From an uncultured Thermoplasmata archaeon (GTDB taxonomy: Archaea > Thermoplasmatota > Thermoplasmata > UBA10834): 64,000 nt of DNA. The translations under genes and the position numbers were made by a program. Below, in pieces: positions 48,935 to 58,547 of this stretch. A model generated the notes under the pieces. It worked only from the letters and a program-made list of their open reading frames with translations, had not been told where the DNA came from and searched no databases. The stretch lies in assembly GCA_964488505.1 (NCBI GenBank), contig CAZAUI010000002.1, positions 71,419 through 135,418 on the forward strand, in the 5' to 3' direction. Within the stretch, counting starts at the first letter, position 1. Every line of letters begins with the position of its first letter.

Positions 48935-49726
48935 ATGGATGCGCTCACCGCGGTGCTCCTGGGGATAGTCCAGGGCATCACCGAATGGCTGCCGGTCTCG
49001 AGCTCCGCGCATCTCGCGATCGCGCAGGAGCTCCTGGGGCTGGACGCGGGCGAGAACCTCCTGTTCGATCTCGCGGTCCACATGGGCACCCTGCTCGCAG
49101 TGTGCGTGTTCTTCAGGAAGGAGCTGGGCAGGATCGTGCTCGCGCTCCTCAGGCCCGGCGACAAAGGCGCGGACTCGAAAGCACTGAGGACCCTGGGGAT
49201 CCTCCTGCTCCTGGGCACTATACCCGTCGCGGTCGTGGGCCTCCTGCTGTCCGACCGCGCGGAGGACATATTCACGCTGCCGCTCATCGGCGCGGCCCTG
49301 GTCGTGAACGCCGTCGTGCTGCTCATGGCCGAGAGGAGTTCGAAGCAGGCCCGCAGGAAGGATGTGAGCGCGAGGGACGCCCTGGTCGCGGGCATGATGC
49401 AGGCGGCGTCCATCGTCCCCGGGATATCCAGGAGCGGGTCGACCCTGTCCGGAGGGATGTTCTCCGGGCTCGAGCGGGAGGCCGCGGCCACATTCGCCTT
49501 CCTGCTGTCCGTGCCCGCGCTCCTGGGAGCGTTCGCATACGGCTTCGCGACCCTGGAGAAGTACGACTTCGACCTCGCGTCGACCGTCCTGGGGGCCGCC
49601 GTGGCGTTCGCCGCGGGCTTCGTATCGATAGGCTATCTGCTCAAAGCAGTCAAGGCAGGCAAGCTCTGGGTGTTCAGCGTGTACTGCGCGGTCCTGGGAG
49701 TCGCGGTCCTGGCCCTGACGCTCTAG
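48935..49726 (+). CDS. uppP: Undecaprenyl/dolichyl-diphosphate phosphatase (UppP/BacA family)
   Basis: ...GIVQGITEWLPVSSSAHL... and ...PGISRSGST... BacA motifs; 8 TM. Confidence 0.85.
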   Translation: MDALTAVLLGIVQGITEWLPVSSSAHLAIAQELLGLDAGENLLFDLAVHMGTLLAVCVFFRKELGRIVLALLRPGDKGADSKALRTLGILLLLGTIPVAVVGLLLSDRAEDIFTLPLIGAALVVNAVVLLMAERSSKQARRKDVSARDALVAGMMQAASIVPGISRSGSTLSGGMFSGLEREAAATFAFLLSVPALLGAFAYGFATLEKYDFDLASTVLGAAVAFAAGFVSIGYLLKAVKAGKLWVFSVYCAVLGVAVLALTL

Positions 49727-49731
49727 AAAGG

Positions 49732-50463
49732 TCATTCCTCGTCAAGGGATTTCTCGAGCTCGAGCGCGAACTCGATCTTCTTCGCCTCGCGCGCCCTCCT
49801 GGTCTTCCTGGTCCCGACATACAAGGATATCAGTATCACGGCCGCGACGGCCGCGCCCGCGACCATGTACATCCAGTTCTCGTCCAGGAAGCCTTCGCCC
49901 GGAGGCGGCGGGTCGGCCACGTTCGGGAGCGTCCCTGAGATCCACTCGCACAGGTTCGTGTACCCGTCCGAGTCGAAGTCGGAGTCCGCGTCGTACTCCA
50001 TCGACCCCATGAAGTTCAGCTCCCACCAGTCGGGCATCCCGTCGTAGTCGAGGTCGTCCACGGATATGACCGCCGTGAAGTCCTTGCCCGTGTTGTTCCA
50101 GGCGTCCGTGACCGTGAGCTCGATCTTGTACAGCCCCAGTTCATAGAACCTGTACGACACGAAGGCGCCGTACACGATGTCCGTCTCGTTCTCGTAGGTT
50201 ATCTCCCATGTGTAGTTGACGATCGTGTAGCTGTAGTTCACGAGGTCGTTCGCGAGGTCGTACGAGTCGTGGGCGTCCAGGAAGTAGGTCGTGCCGTTCG
50301 AGACCGTCTCCGCGAGCGGGTCTATCACGGCGACGGGGTCGGTGGTCGAGCCTGCAGAGCGCGCAACCAGGCCCTGCTCATCGGCCGCGCACATGTGGGC
50401 CAGGCTGACGAGCGATATGGCTGCGACGAACAACGCGCAGGCCGACATCCTTCTCGAGACCAT
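49732..50463 (-). CDS. Secreted PKD-domain protein with Asp-rich Ca-binding-like segment and C-terminal TM anchor
   Basis: Signal peptide, PKD-like ...NYTWEITYENETDIVYGAF...YKIELTVTDAWNNTG..., DYDGMPDWWE...DADSDFDSDGYTN, TM MYMVAGAAVAAVILISLYV + basic. Confidence 0.6.
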   Translation of the reverse strand: MVSRRMSACALFVAAISLVSLAHMCAADEQGLVARSAGSTTDPVAVIDPLAETVSNGTTYFLDAHDSYDLANDLVNYSYTIVNYTWEITYENETDIVYGAFVSYRFYELGLYKIELTVTDAWNNTGKDFTAVISVDDLDYDGMPDWWELNFMGSMEYDADSDFDSDGYTNLCEWISGTLPNVADPPPPGEGFLDENWMYMVAGAAVAAVILISLYVGTRKTRRAREAKKIEFALELEKSLDEE

Positions 50464-50674
50464 ATGATCATCCGCTGGACTGACTTCAGGTCGAGCGCCC
50501 CGGCGTCGTCATAGCGGGCGCTCAGTCCCGTGCCGACCGATAAGATGCGGTGCGCCGATATATCACTTTTCGCGAAACAGACGAAACACTCGTAAGGCTT
50601 GACCGACAGGCGACGGGCGCATACAGCGGAAGGGTTTAAGTCGGCGAAGGCATTGAAAGGGCGGGCATGTCGGG

Positions 50675-51655
50675 ATGAATGTCGAGGCGAAGAAGCTCTT
50701 CGGATGCACCGTGTGCGGGTTCAGGGTCACCGGGTCCGAGGATGCGTGCCCCAGGTGCGGCACGAAGTTCACCAAGAACACCAAGTTCGAGTGCCCGTTC
50801 TGCGGGGAGCAGGTGAACCCCTCCCAGAGCAGATGCCCCCTGTGCCACGTATCGTACAGGGAGTTCCACCAGAGGACCGACACCGGCCACTCCGAGGAGA
50901 CCGTGGACGTGCTCCTCACGGACATCATCAGCCGGGAGTCGGAGCAGGTCAAGCAGGAGGGCAAGCGGTTCAGCTGCCCGTCATGTTCATGGATGCTCGA
51001 CGGCACCGAGGACAAGTGCCCGAAGTGCGGGGCGTCCTTCCACGAGGATGTCTGCTACCAGTGCCCGATCTGCGCGGCCATGGTGCCCGCGGAGGCGGCC
51101 AAGTGCGAGGAGTGCGGGGCGCTGTTCTCGCAGGAGCAGGCGCCCGCAGCTGAAGCTGCGGCGGAGCCCGAGCAGGCCGCGGAGCCGGAGAGCGCGCCCG
51201 AGGAAGCTCCGGCCGAGGAGCCCGAGGCGGCCCCAGAGCCGGCGGCAGTAGAGGAACCGGCGCCGGCCGCGCCTGAGCCGGCACCCGAACAGATCGCGCC
51301 GGACGAGGAACCGCAGGCCGCGCAGGAGCCCGAGCCACAGCCTGTGCAGGAACCCGAGGCCCAACCTGAGCCGCAGCCCGAACCGGCAGCCGAGCCCGTC
51401 CAGGAACCTGAACCCGAGGCGGTACAGCCCGCAGAGCCCGTCGCGGTCTACGAATCTCAGCCCGAGCCTGTCCCTCAGGAATTTGTCCCGCAGGCGGCCG
51501 AGACGCCCGAGCCGAGGAAGGAGGAGGAGCCCGCTGCCGTCCCCGAAGCCGAGGAAAGACCGGCCGAGGAGCCACAGCCGGCCCCCGCTGAAGAGCCTGC
51601 GCCCAAGCCGAAGCAGAGGAAGCTGAAGGTCAGGAAGGTCAAGGCGAAACAGTAG
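50675..51655 (+). CDS. Four-fold zinc-ribbon protein with about 180-aa Pro/Glu/Ala-rich disordered tail and basic C-terminus
   Basis: CTVCG..CPRCG, CPFCG..CPLCH, CPSCS..CPKCG, CPICA..CEECG pairs, then the low-complexity stretch [15 protein letters not shown]...PQPEPAAEP..., ending [16 protein letters not shown]. Confidence 0.65.
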   Translation: MNVEAKKLFGCTVCGFRVTGSEDACPRCGTKFTKNTKFECPFCGEQVNPSQSRCPLCHVSYREFHQRTDTGHSEETVDVLLTDIISRESEQVKQEGKRFSCPSCSWMLDGTEDKCPKCGASFHEDVCYQCPICAAMVPAEAAKCEECGALFSQEQAPAAEAAAEPEQAAEPESAPEEAPAEEPEAAPEPAAVEEPAPAAPEPAPEQIAPDEEPQAAQEPEPQPVQEPEAQPEPQPEPAAEPVQEPEPEAVQPAEPVAVYESQPEPVPQEFVPQAAETPEPRKEEEPAAVPEAEERPAEEPQPAPAEEPAPKPKQRKLKVRKVKAKQ

Positions 51656-51701
51656 ACCGCCCCCGCAACGGTTATCTCCCGCGCGCCCGTTATTCTGAGC
51701 C

Positions 51702-52454
51702 GTGATACACATAGACGCCCGTGAAGGGCTCTCCGCGGACATGGTCCTCGCAGCATCCATAGGCCTCCTGCCGAGGGGCGATGCTGCGACCGTGATCAAA
51801 TCGCTCTCGGAGACCGCCTGCGGGTACGGCGTCACGTTCCACTGCGGGGAGATCGATGAGGAAGGCGAGAGAGGCCTCGGGATATCGTACATATCGAGGG
51901 AGAGGCAGCTCGACACGGTCCCTTACGAAACCGCCTTCTCGACGCTCTCGTCAATGAACTCCTCGCTCTGCTCGGACGGGGACATGGCCCGCAGGATACT
52001 CAGCAGGATATTCGAGGCGGAGTCTGCCGCGCACGGGCTGCCTCCTGAGCAGGTGCACCTGCACGAGATAGGCAGGCCCGAGGCCCTCCTGAACATCGCG
52101 GGGATAGGGCTCGTCGCGCCCATGGTCTGCCCTCCCGGCGAATCGTTCGTCTGCTCCACCATCACGGCCGGCAGGGGCGTCACGACCACGTCCCACGGCA
52201 CCATGAGGATACCGGCGCCCGCCGCGGCATACCTCCTGCGCGGGCTCGCGCACACCACAGGCGACCACCCCGGCGAGAGGGCGACCCCGACCGGCCTCGC
52301 CGCGGTGTCTGTGCTCTCGTCGGGGCACTCGGACATCGTCCCCGAGGATTGGGCCGCGCGCAGCGTCGGCTTCGGCACGAAGAGGTTCGCGGGCAGGCTC
52401 GGCCGGGTAGTGATGACGGTTTCCGGGCATAAACCGCGTGATGATGCTTCCTGA
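51702..52454 (+). CDS. DUF111/LarC-N-terminal-like protein (nickel-insertion/pincer-cofactor family), short form
   Basis: GTG start. N-terminal ...[21 protein letters not shown]... matches the DUF111 opening (L-D-x-x-x-G-x-S-G/A-D-M). Only 250 aa, so no CTP-binding C-terminal domain. Confidence 0.5.
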   Translation: MIHIDAREGLSADMVLAASIGLLPRGDAATVIKSLSETACGYGVTFHCGEIDEEGERGLGISYISRERQLDTVPYETAFSTLSSMNSSLCSDGDMARRILSRIFEAESAAHGLPPEQVHLHEIGRPEALLNIAGIGLVAPMVCPPGESFVCSTITAGRGVTTTSHGTMRIPAPAAAYLLRGLAHTTGDHPGERATPTGLAAVSVLSSGHSDIVPEDWAARSVGFGTKRFAGRLGRVVMTVSGHKPRDDAS

Positions 52455-52545
52455 GCGACACGGACCCGTACTCACGTGGCAAAAGAGTTAAAACTAACAC
52501 TGTTATTCAGAATGATGTCGTCTGTCAGAGCGGCCAGGAGTAATC

Positions 52546-52800
52546 ATGCCTGATAGAGGCGAAGGATTCCCCCGACCCACCAAGACCCTCGACTGCATCG
52601 GACTCTACTGTCCGGAGCCGGTGTTCAGGACCAGAGAGGAGATCTCAATGGTCCAGGTTGGACAGGTCCTGGAGGTTTTGGCAGACGACCCCGCCTCCGA
52701 ATCCGACATCAGGGCCTGGGCGAAGCACGCCGGGCACGAGTTGATATCGGCCGAGAGGACCGACAGCGGGTTCAGGTTCCTCATCAAGCGGAGGCTGTGA
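52546..52800 (+). CDS. tusA: TusA-like sulfurtransferase (SirA/YedF family)
   Basis: ...LDCIGLYCPEPVFRTREEI... - CPxP active-site motif in two-layered alpha/beta 84-aa protein. Confidence 0.75.
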   Translation: MPDRGEGFPRPTKTLDCIGLYCPEPVFRTREEISMVQVGQVLEVLADDPASESDIRAWAKHAGHELISAERTDSGFRFLIKRRL

Positions 52801-52824
52801 CCCGCCCCAAGGGAGGATGATGGT

Positions 52825-53193
52825 TTGTCTAAGAAGATACTCTATGTGCAGACGTCAGGACCGGACACGCCCGAGAGGCTCTACTCACCGTTCGTGCTCG
52901 CGACCACGGCGAAGGCCATGGGCGTGGACGCCGCGGTGTACTTCCTCGCGAAGGGCATCCTCGGAGTCAAGAAGGGCGAGCCCGAAAAGATCAAGATGGG
53001 CTCCTTCCCGAGCCTGAAGGAGGTCATGGACCAGGCGGCCAAGGCCGGCGTCGAGATGTTCGTGTGCGCCCAGAGCGCGCAGCTCTGGGGCCTGAAGGCG
53101 TCCTCGGACGACTTCGAGCCGCCCGCGAAGGTCGTGGGCGCCGCTACCCTGAACGACCTCGTGCTCGAGTACGATGCGGTGCTAACCTTTTAG
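52825..53193 (+). CDS. DsrE/DsrF-family sulfur-relay protein
   Basis: 122 aa, ...KILYVQTSGP... ...FVCAQSAQLWGL... DsrE-like fold with candidate active Cys. Confidence 0.65.
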   Translation: MSKKILYVQTSGPDTPERLYSPFVLATTAKAMGVDAAVYFLAKGILGVKKGEPEKIKMGSFPSLKEVMDQAAKAGVEMFVCAQSAQLWGLKASSDDFEPPAKVVGAATLNDLVLEYDAVLTF

Positions 53194-53228
53194 GCGGGCA
53201 CCGCCTCTGGTAATCCGAGGGATGTCAC

Positions 53229-54476
53229 ATGCCCGAAGGAACCGACAAGCCCAGGCCGAGGATCTACATGGACCACGCAGCCGCGGCCCCGGTGGACCCG
53301 CGCGTCCTCGACCGGATGATGCCCTACTTCTCCGACAGGTTCGGGAACCCGTCCTCCATACACAGCGCCGGCCGGGAGCCGAAGAAGGCCCTCGAGGACG
53401 CGAGGGCGAGCGTCGCGAAGCTCATCAACGCGAAGCGGAAGGAGGAGGTCGTGTTCACATCGGGCGCGACCGAGGCGAACAACATGGGCATCAAGGGCGT
53501 CGCGATGAGGCTCAAGGCCGAGGGGAACCACGTGGTCACAACGGCGATGGAGCACATCTCGGTCCTGAACATCATGAAGTACCTGCAGAAGCAGGGGTTC
53601 GAGGTCACCTTCGTCCCGCCCACGCAGGACGGGTTCATCGACATGGCGGAGTTCGAGAAGGCCATCAGGAAGGACACGGTCCTCGCATCGGTCATGTTCG
53701 CGAACAACGAGATAGGCACCCTGCAGCCGGTCGCGGAGCTCGGGAAGTTGCTGCAGGAGAAGGACATCTACTTCCACGTCGACGCCGCGCCCGCCGCGGG
53801 GCTCGTCCCCATAGATGTGCAGGCCCTGGGGATAGACCTCATGTCGTTGTCGTCCAACGACATGTACGGCCCCAAGGGCGTAGGCGCGCTCTACGTCAAG
53901 GACGGCACGAGGATAGAGGCCGTCGGTCAGGGCGGGGGGCAGGAGCGGGGCCTCAGGTCCGGCTCCGAGAACATCCCGGGCATCGTGGGGTTCGGGGAGG
54001 CGGCCGAGATCGCGAGGAGCGACATGGCCTCCGAGGGCGAGCGCCTGAAGGCGCTCAGGGACAGGCTGGTCAAGGGCATGCTCGACCGGGTCGAAGACTC
54101 TTACCTGAACGGCCACCCGACCATGCGCCTGCCCAACAACGCCAACTTCGGGTTCAAGTTCGTCGAGGGGGAGGCGATGCTGCTCAACCTCGACATGATG
54201 GGCGTGTCCGTGTCCTCGAGCTCACCCTGCACATCCAAGAGCCTCCTGCCGTCCCACGTGCTGCTCGCGTGCGGCATACCTACGGAGGAGGCGCAGAGCG
54301 CGGTGCAGTTCACCCTCGGCAGATGGAACACCGAGGCCGAGGTCGACCGCGTGCTCGACCTCATGCCCGGGGTGATCTCCAAGCTGAGGGCGATGTCCCC
54401 GTTCAGCCGGGAGAACGTCGAGGAGATGCGCTCGACCGCGGGCCACAGGGACGACCACGGCCATTGCGACACCTGA
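53229..54476 (+). CDS. iscS: Cysteine desulfurase (IscS/NifS, class V aminotransferase)
   Basis: ...IYMDHAAAAPVDPRV...FGNPSSIHSAGRE...FTSGATEANN...SSNDMYGPKG... (PLP-Lys region, SS-x-x-HKI/Y-GPKG-like) ...SGSENIPGIVG... and the active-site Cys loop (SSSSPCTS). Confidence 0.85.
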   Translation: MPEGTDKPRPRIYMDHAAAAPVDPRVLDRMMPYFSDRFGNPSSIHSAGREPKKALEDARASVAKLINAKRKEEVVFTSGATEANNMGIKGVAMRLKAEGNHVVTTAMEHISVLNIMKYLQKQGFEVTFVPPTQDGFIDMAEFEKAIRKDTVLASVMFANNEIGTLQPVAELGKLLQEKDIYFHVDAAPAAGLVPIDVQALGIDLMSLSSNDMYGPKGVGALYVKDGTRIEAVGQGGGQERGLRSGSENIPGIVGFGEAAEIARSDMASEGERLKALRDRLVKGMLDRVEDSYLNGHPTMRLPNNANFGFKFVEGEAMLLNLDMMGVSVSSSSPCTSKSLLPSHVLLACGIPTEEAQSAVQFTLGRWNTEAEVDRVLDLMPGVISKLRAMSPFSRENVEEMRSTAGHRDDHGHCDT

Positions 54477-54669
54477 GCGGGTGCCGGGGCTGGCCCCTCG
54501 CGCGCGCGCGTGGCTGGCCCGTTCCCGAGGCCGTGCGTATCGCCTTAGGGACTATACGGCGCGATATATGAGGATATATAGTTGATGCTGGTCACGACAA
54601 AAGGCCAGCAAAATCTCAGCAAGGTTATATATATAGTTCGTCAATTAATGCACGAGGATGGGATAGCCC

Positions 54670-57114
54670 ATGAAACGAAGAATTTTGAGCGTAGCGATGG
54701 CTCTGTGCATGATTGCTGTCGTGTTCACCGCCCTTCCGACGAAGGCAGAGGTGTACTACACGGGCGATGTGCAGACGATGGATAGCAGTGGTATTTCGAA
54801 GGATGTCTTCTTCGAGGGTGACCCTGTGTATGTCAACGTGACCCTGTGGTATCAGGGCTCACTCGTGGACTCTGACATACGGCTGAGGTTGATGTGGGAC
54901 GGGAACTCCGAGGCGACCGTACTTGCGAACACGGATACGCCGATCGTGGGATACTTCAACAGCACGATTGTGCCAGCCCCGCTTTCGACCGGCTCGATAA
55001 TGTTCGATGAGGACTTGACCGTGGCGTACGTGGAACTGTCCGTCAGGGACCCCTACGGGAACTGGGAGCCGATCTTGTCGACTCCGATCACCCTCAGGAA
55101 CGAGGGCGTGTCCCTGGATCCTGAGACCTCCATGTACTACCCCGGGCAGGATGTCACCATCACCGTGACGACCGGCAACACCGAGGAGTTCTACGTGCAG
55201 ATCTGGGACGACGAAGACCACGATCTGGTCCCTGAGTGGACCCACGAGACGGTGGACGACGACGGCGTGTGGAGCGACAACTTCACGATACCTGCTGACG
55301 CAGACTCGGGCTGGTACCGCGCCCGCGTCGTTGCAGAGGACGGGGATGTGCTCTGGTTCCAGGCGTGGTTCAGCATAGCGACCTTCGGTGTGACCATCAA
55401 CGCAGACAGGACCTGTGTCCTGCCGGGCGAGACGGTCACGGTCGAGTACCTGGTCTACGACATAGCCACGCTTGACCTGTACACCGAAGTCACGACGGAG
55501 TGGAACGCGGTCTGGTACAACGACACCGGCGTCGAGCAGATCGACGAGGGCGAGCTCGTCCCGGGATACCTCGGGTCCGAGATGTTCACCGTACCGGCTG
55601 ACATCAACCAGAGCTACTACTACGCCCTGCACTTCTGGGTCAACGACACCGAGGACAGGAGCGTCCATGTGGAATTCTGGGTGGGCATCGGCCAGCTCTG
55701 GGGATCCGTCGACACTGACAGCGACGATTACCTCGCCGGCGAGAAGGTCACCGTGGAAGTGGACGCGTGGGTCGCCTACGACTGGTACGAAGCAGACAGC
55801 AACGGCCTGCCCAACGCTGACGTCGACATCGAGGTCGAGATGAACGGCGAGGTCCTCGAACTCTACGGCGCGTCTGACCTGATGACAGGCACCTACGGAG
55901 AGGCGGAGCACGAGTTCACCCTCTCTGACGAGGCACTTGCAGGGACATACACCGTGACGGCCACCATATCCAAGGTCGGATACAGCGTGGTCAGGATGAC
56001 CACGTTCGAGGTAGGTCTCTCCTCCTGGTTCATCGTCGACCTGGAGAAGGACGACTACTACAGCGGCGAGACTGCGACGGTCAAGTTCATGGCGGCCTGG
56101 GGCTCAGAGATGCTCATGAACATGTCCGTGTTCTACATCGTTGAGTACAGCGACGGGAACCTGGACTACGGCAACTCGACGGTCGGCGAGGCCAGCTTCG
56201 ACATACCTGTCGACTTCGTCGGCGGCATGACGGTAACGGCCATGACGACGGTCAACGGCAACTACCTCGATGATGATGACTCCGCGTATGTGTCGAAGGC
56301 GTTCATCGGCATCTCGGTCGATTCGTACGAGTACTCTGCAGGTGACACGGTCACCTGGAGATACCAGATCATGACCGGTATGACCGAGGGGCTGCTGTCC
56401 TACAGCATAGAGGACTCGAGAGGCCTCACGGTCGCGTCTACGACCATACCGTTCGCGACCTCCGGCACGATAGCCTACACGGTGCCTGCGGAGAGCCCGG
56501 CTGACTGGTACTGGCTCGAGATCGTCCTCAAGGACGGCCTGGGCAACTCAGTATCGGCCTCCCTCACCGTCGTGCTCGTGAGCGACTACACGATCAACGT
56601 GTGGCTCGCGGACGACTCGGGCTTCGTCGGCGGCGCGTTCGAGCCCGGCGACGGCGTCGAGCTCGCGTACGAGATACTCACGAACGGCGCCCCGCACATG
56701 GCGGTCTACCAGATATGGTACCGCGCCAACTGGGGCTCCGACATGGCGTGGATGTCCGTGCTGACGACCTCCCCGACCGGCACCCTGGCACTGACCGTGC
56801 CTGACGGCACCGCGGACGGGACATATTGGGTCGATGTCGAGCTCTACGACGGCACGAACCTGATCTGGGACGCGCTGTCCGAGGACTCCGTCCAGGTGGA
56901 AGTAGCGGCTGACCAGAGCGGCTGGAGCAAGGAGATCGCCGGGATGAGCGCGATAGACTTCGTGATGCTCGTGCTCATCGTGGTGATGATCGTCCTGCTC
57001 ATCGTCGTGCCCTTCCTGAAGGGCAGGAGCGGCCCCCTCTTCAAGAAGAAGGAGCCCGAACCGATGACGATGGCCCCGCCGCCCGCGGAGCAGCCTCCGG
57101 CACCGCCTCAGTAG
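54670..57114 (+). CDS. Large (814 aa) acidic secreted protein of Ig-like/beta-sandwich repeats with C-terminal TM and Pro-rich cytoplasmic tail
   Basis: Signal peptide MKRRILSVAMALCMIAVVFTALPTKA, low pI, repeated beta-strand-like segments, TM AIDFVMLVLIVVMIVLLIVVPFL, tail ...APPPAEQPPAPPQ. Confidence 0.7.
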   Translation: MKRRILSVAMALCMIAVVFTALPTKAEVYYTGDVQTMDSSGISKDVFFEGDPVYVNVTLWYQGSLVDSDIRLRLMWDGNSEATVLANTDTPIVGYFNSTIVPAPLSTGSIMFDEDLTVAYVELSVRDPYGNWEPILSTPITLRNEGVSLDPETSMYYPGQDVTITVTTGNTEEFYVQIWDDEDHDLVPEWTHETVDDDGVWSDNFTIPADADSGWYRARVVAEDGDVLWFQAWFSIATFGVTINADRTCVLPGETVTVEYLVYDIATLDLYTEVTTEWNAVWYNDTGVEQIDEGELVPGYLGSEMFTVPADINQSYYYALHFWVNDTEDRSVHVEFWVGIGQLWGSVDTDSDDYLAGEKVTVEVDAWVAYDWYEADSNGLPNADVDIEVEMNGEVLELYGASDLMTGTYGEAEHEFTLSDEALAGTYTVTATISKVGYSVVRMTTFEVGLSSWFIVDLEKDDYYSGETATVKFMAAWGSEMLMNMSVFYIVEYSDGNLDYGNSTVGEASFDIPVDFVGGMTVTAMTTVNGNYLDDDDSAYVSKAFIGISVDSYEYSAGDTVTWRYQIMTGMTEGLLSYSIEDSRGLTVASTTIPFATSGTIAYTVPAESPADWYWLEIVLKDGLGNSVSASLTVVLVSDYTINVWLADDSGFVGGAFEPGDGVELAYEILTNGAPHMAVYQIWYRANWGSDMAWMSVLTTSPTGTLALTVPDGTADGTYWVDVELYDGTNLIWDALSEDSVQVEVAADQSGWSKEIAGMSAIDFVMLVLIVVMIVLLIVVPFLKGRSGPLFKKKEPEPMTMAPPPAEQPPAPPQ

Positions 57115-57136
57115 GCCCGACGGAAGGACAACAAAC

Positions 57137-57160
57137 CCTTTTCCAAATCCTATTTTTCAT
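57137..57160 (+). terminator. Oligo-T tract (cctttt...tatttttc) 23-46 nt downstream of the surface-protein stop: archaeal-type terminator
   Basis: Only T-runs in a GC-rich spacer; followed by a ccttatacc TATA-like box about 31 nt upstream of the next ATG (57246). Confidence 0.35.
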
Positions 57161-57245
57161 TCCTCACAGACCAGCGCGCGTGCTGGCGTTCCCCGGCCGG
57201 CGCTGAGGAAAGCCTTATACCCCGGCGGTCTGATTGGCCCGGGCC

Positions 57246-58547
57246 ATGGCCCGACCTAAGGTGGCCGTCGTAGGCCTGGGATATGTCGGCATACCCCTCT
57301 CGGCACTTCTAGCGGACAGGGGTTGCGACGTCGTCGGGGTCGATGTCGTCGCGGAGAGGGCGCTCAAGATCAACGAGGGCATCCTGCCGCTGTCCGGGGA
57401 CGAGCCCGAGCTCGCGGACATGCTCGAGAGGGTCGTGAAGAAGAGCGACCTGAGGGCCTCGACCGAGTTCGCCGCGTGCTCCGACAGGGACGCGGTGTTC
57501 GTCTGCGTCGACACGCCCATAGACGAGGAGCACCGGCCCAACAACTCCAGGCTCCTGGCTGCAGCCACGGGCATAGGCGAGCACATGCGCAAGGGCACGC
57601 TCGTCGTGGTCGAATCGACCATCGCCCCGGGCACCATGCTCAAGGTCTTCGCGCCCGCGCTCGAGCGGGCCTCGGGAATGGCCCTGGGGAAGGATTTCAA
57701 GCTGGCGCACTGCCCCGAGAGGGTCATGCCCGGGAGGCTCCTGCACAACCTCAGGAGCTACGACAGGGTCCTGGGAGGGTACGACAGGCAGAGCGTCGCC
57801 CGGGCGAAGGCCATCTACTCACGCTTCATGCAGGGCGAGCTGCACACGACGGACCTCACATCCGCCGAGATAGTCAAGACCGCCGAGAACGCCTACAGGG
57901 ATGTGCAGATCGCGTTCGCTAACGAGGTCGCACTCATATGCGAGCAGCTGGGAGTCGACGCGTTCGATGTCCGGAGGCTCGTGAACACCTGCCCGTTCAG
58001 GGACATGCACGTGCCGGGCGCGGGCGTGGGAGGCCACTGCCTGCCCAAGGACCCGTGGCTGCTAGCACATGGGGGCAAGGCGGCGAAGCCCAGACTGATA
58101 CCGGCCGCAAGGGCCGTGAACGACTCGATGCCAATCCATATGGTCGAGCTGGCCGAGAGGATGCTCGAAGAGGCTAAGATAGACAAGAGGAAGGCCAACG
58201 TGGCCGTCATGGGCGCGTCCTTCCTGCAGGACAGCGGAGACATCAGGAACTCGCCCTCGCTCCCGGTCATACACGCGTTCAAGAGGTCCGCGAGGCTCTC
58301 GGTCCACGACCCCTACGTCGTGCACCTGGACGGCACCGAGGCCACCAAGGACCTCGCTGGCGCCCTCGAGGACGCGGACATCGCGATATTCATGGTGGCG
58401 CACAAGCAGTACAGGCGCGTCTCGCCCGCGATGCTCAAGAAGCTCATGCGCACGCCGATCGTCGTGGACGGCAGGGACCTTTTCTCGGCGGACAAGATGC
58501 GCAAGGCGGGCGTCAGGTACGCCGGCCTGGGCAAGGGGCTCAGCTGA
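57246..58547 (+). CDS. Nucleotide-sugar (UDP-glucose/UDP-ManNAc/UDP-GlcNAc) 6-dehydrogenase family enzyme
   Basis: KVAVVGLGYVGIPLSALLADRG...VFVCVDTP... catalytic ...GGHCLPKDP... motifs of the UDPG/MGDP dehydrogenase family. Confidence 0.85.
   Translation: MARPKVAVVGLGYVGIPLSALLADRGCDVVGVDVVAERALKINEGILPLSGDEPELADMLERVVKKSDLRASTEFAACSDRDAVFVCVDTPIDEEHRPNNSRLLAAATGIGEHMRKGTLVVVESTIAPGTMLKVFAPALERASGMALGKDFKLAHCPERVMPGRLLHNLRSYDRVLGGYDRQSVARAKAIYSRFMQGELHTTDLTSAEIVKTAENAYRDVQIAFANEVALICEQLGVDAFDVRRLVNTCPFRDMHVPGAGVGGHCLPKDPWLLAHGGKAAKPRLIPAARAVNDSMPIHMVELAERMLEEAKIDKRKANVAVMGASFLQDSGDIRNSPSLPVIHAFKRSARLSVHDPYVVHLDGTEATKDLAGALEDADIAIFMVAHKQYRRVSPAMLKKLMRTPIVVDGRDLFSADKMRKAGVRYAGLGKGLS

Noticed and set aside
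50987-51916. 309-aa and 201-aa - strand ORFs over the zinc-ribbon gene
   Set aside because: Antisense of the Pro/Glu-rich tail (gives Arg/Leu/Gly-rich nonsense); the zinc ribbons are on the + strand.
53190-54116. 308-aa - strand ORF and 449-aa + ORF (53222..54571)
   Set aside because: Alternative frames of iscS; the cysteine-desulfurase frame has all family motifs.
54859-55911. 350-aa - strand ORF
   Set aside because: Antisense to the large surface protein; Val/His/Gly/Arg-rich.
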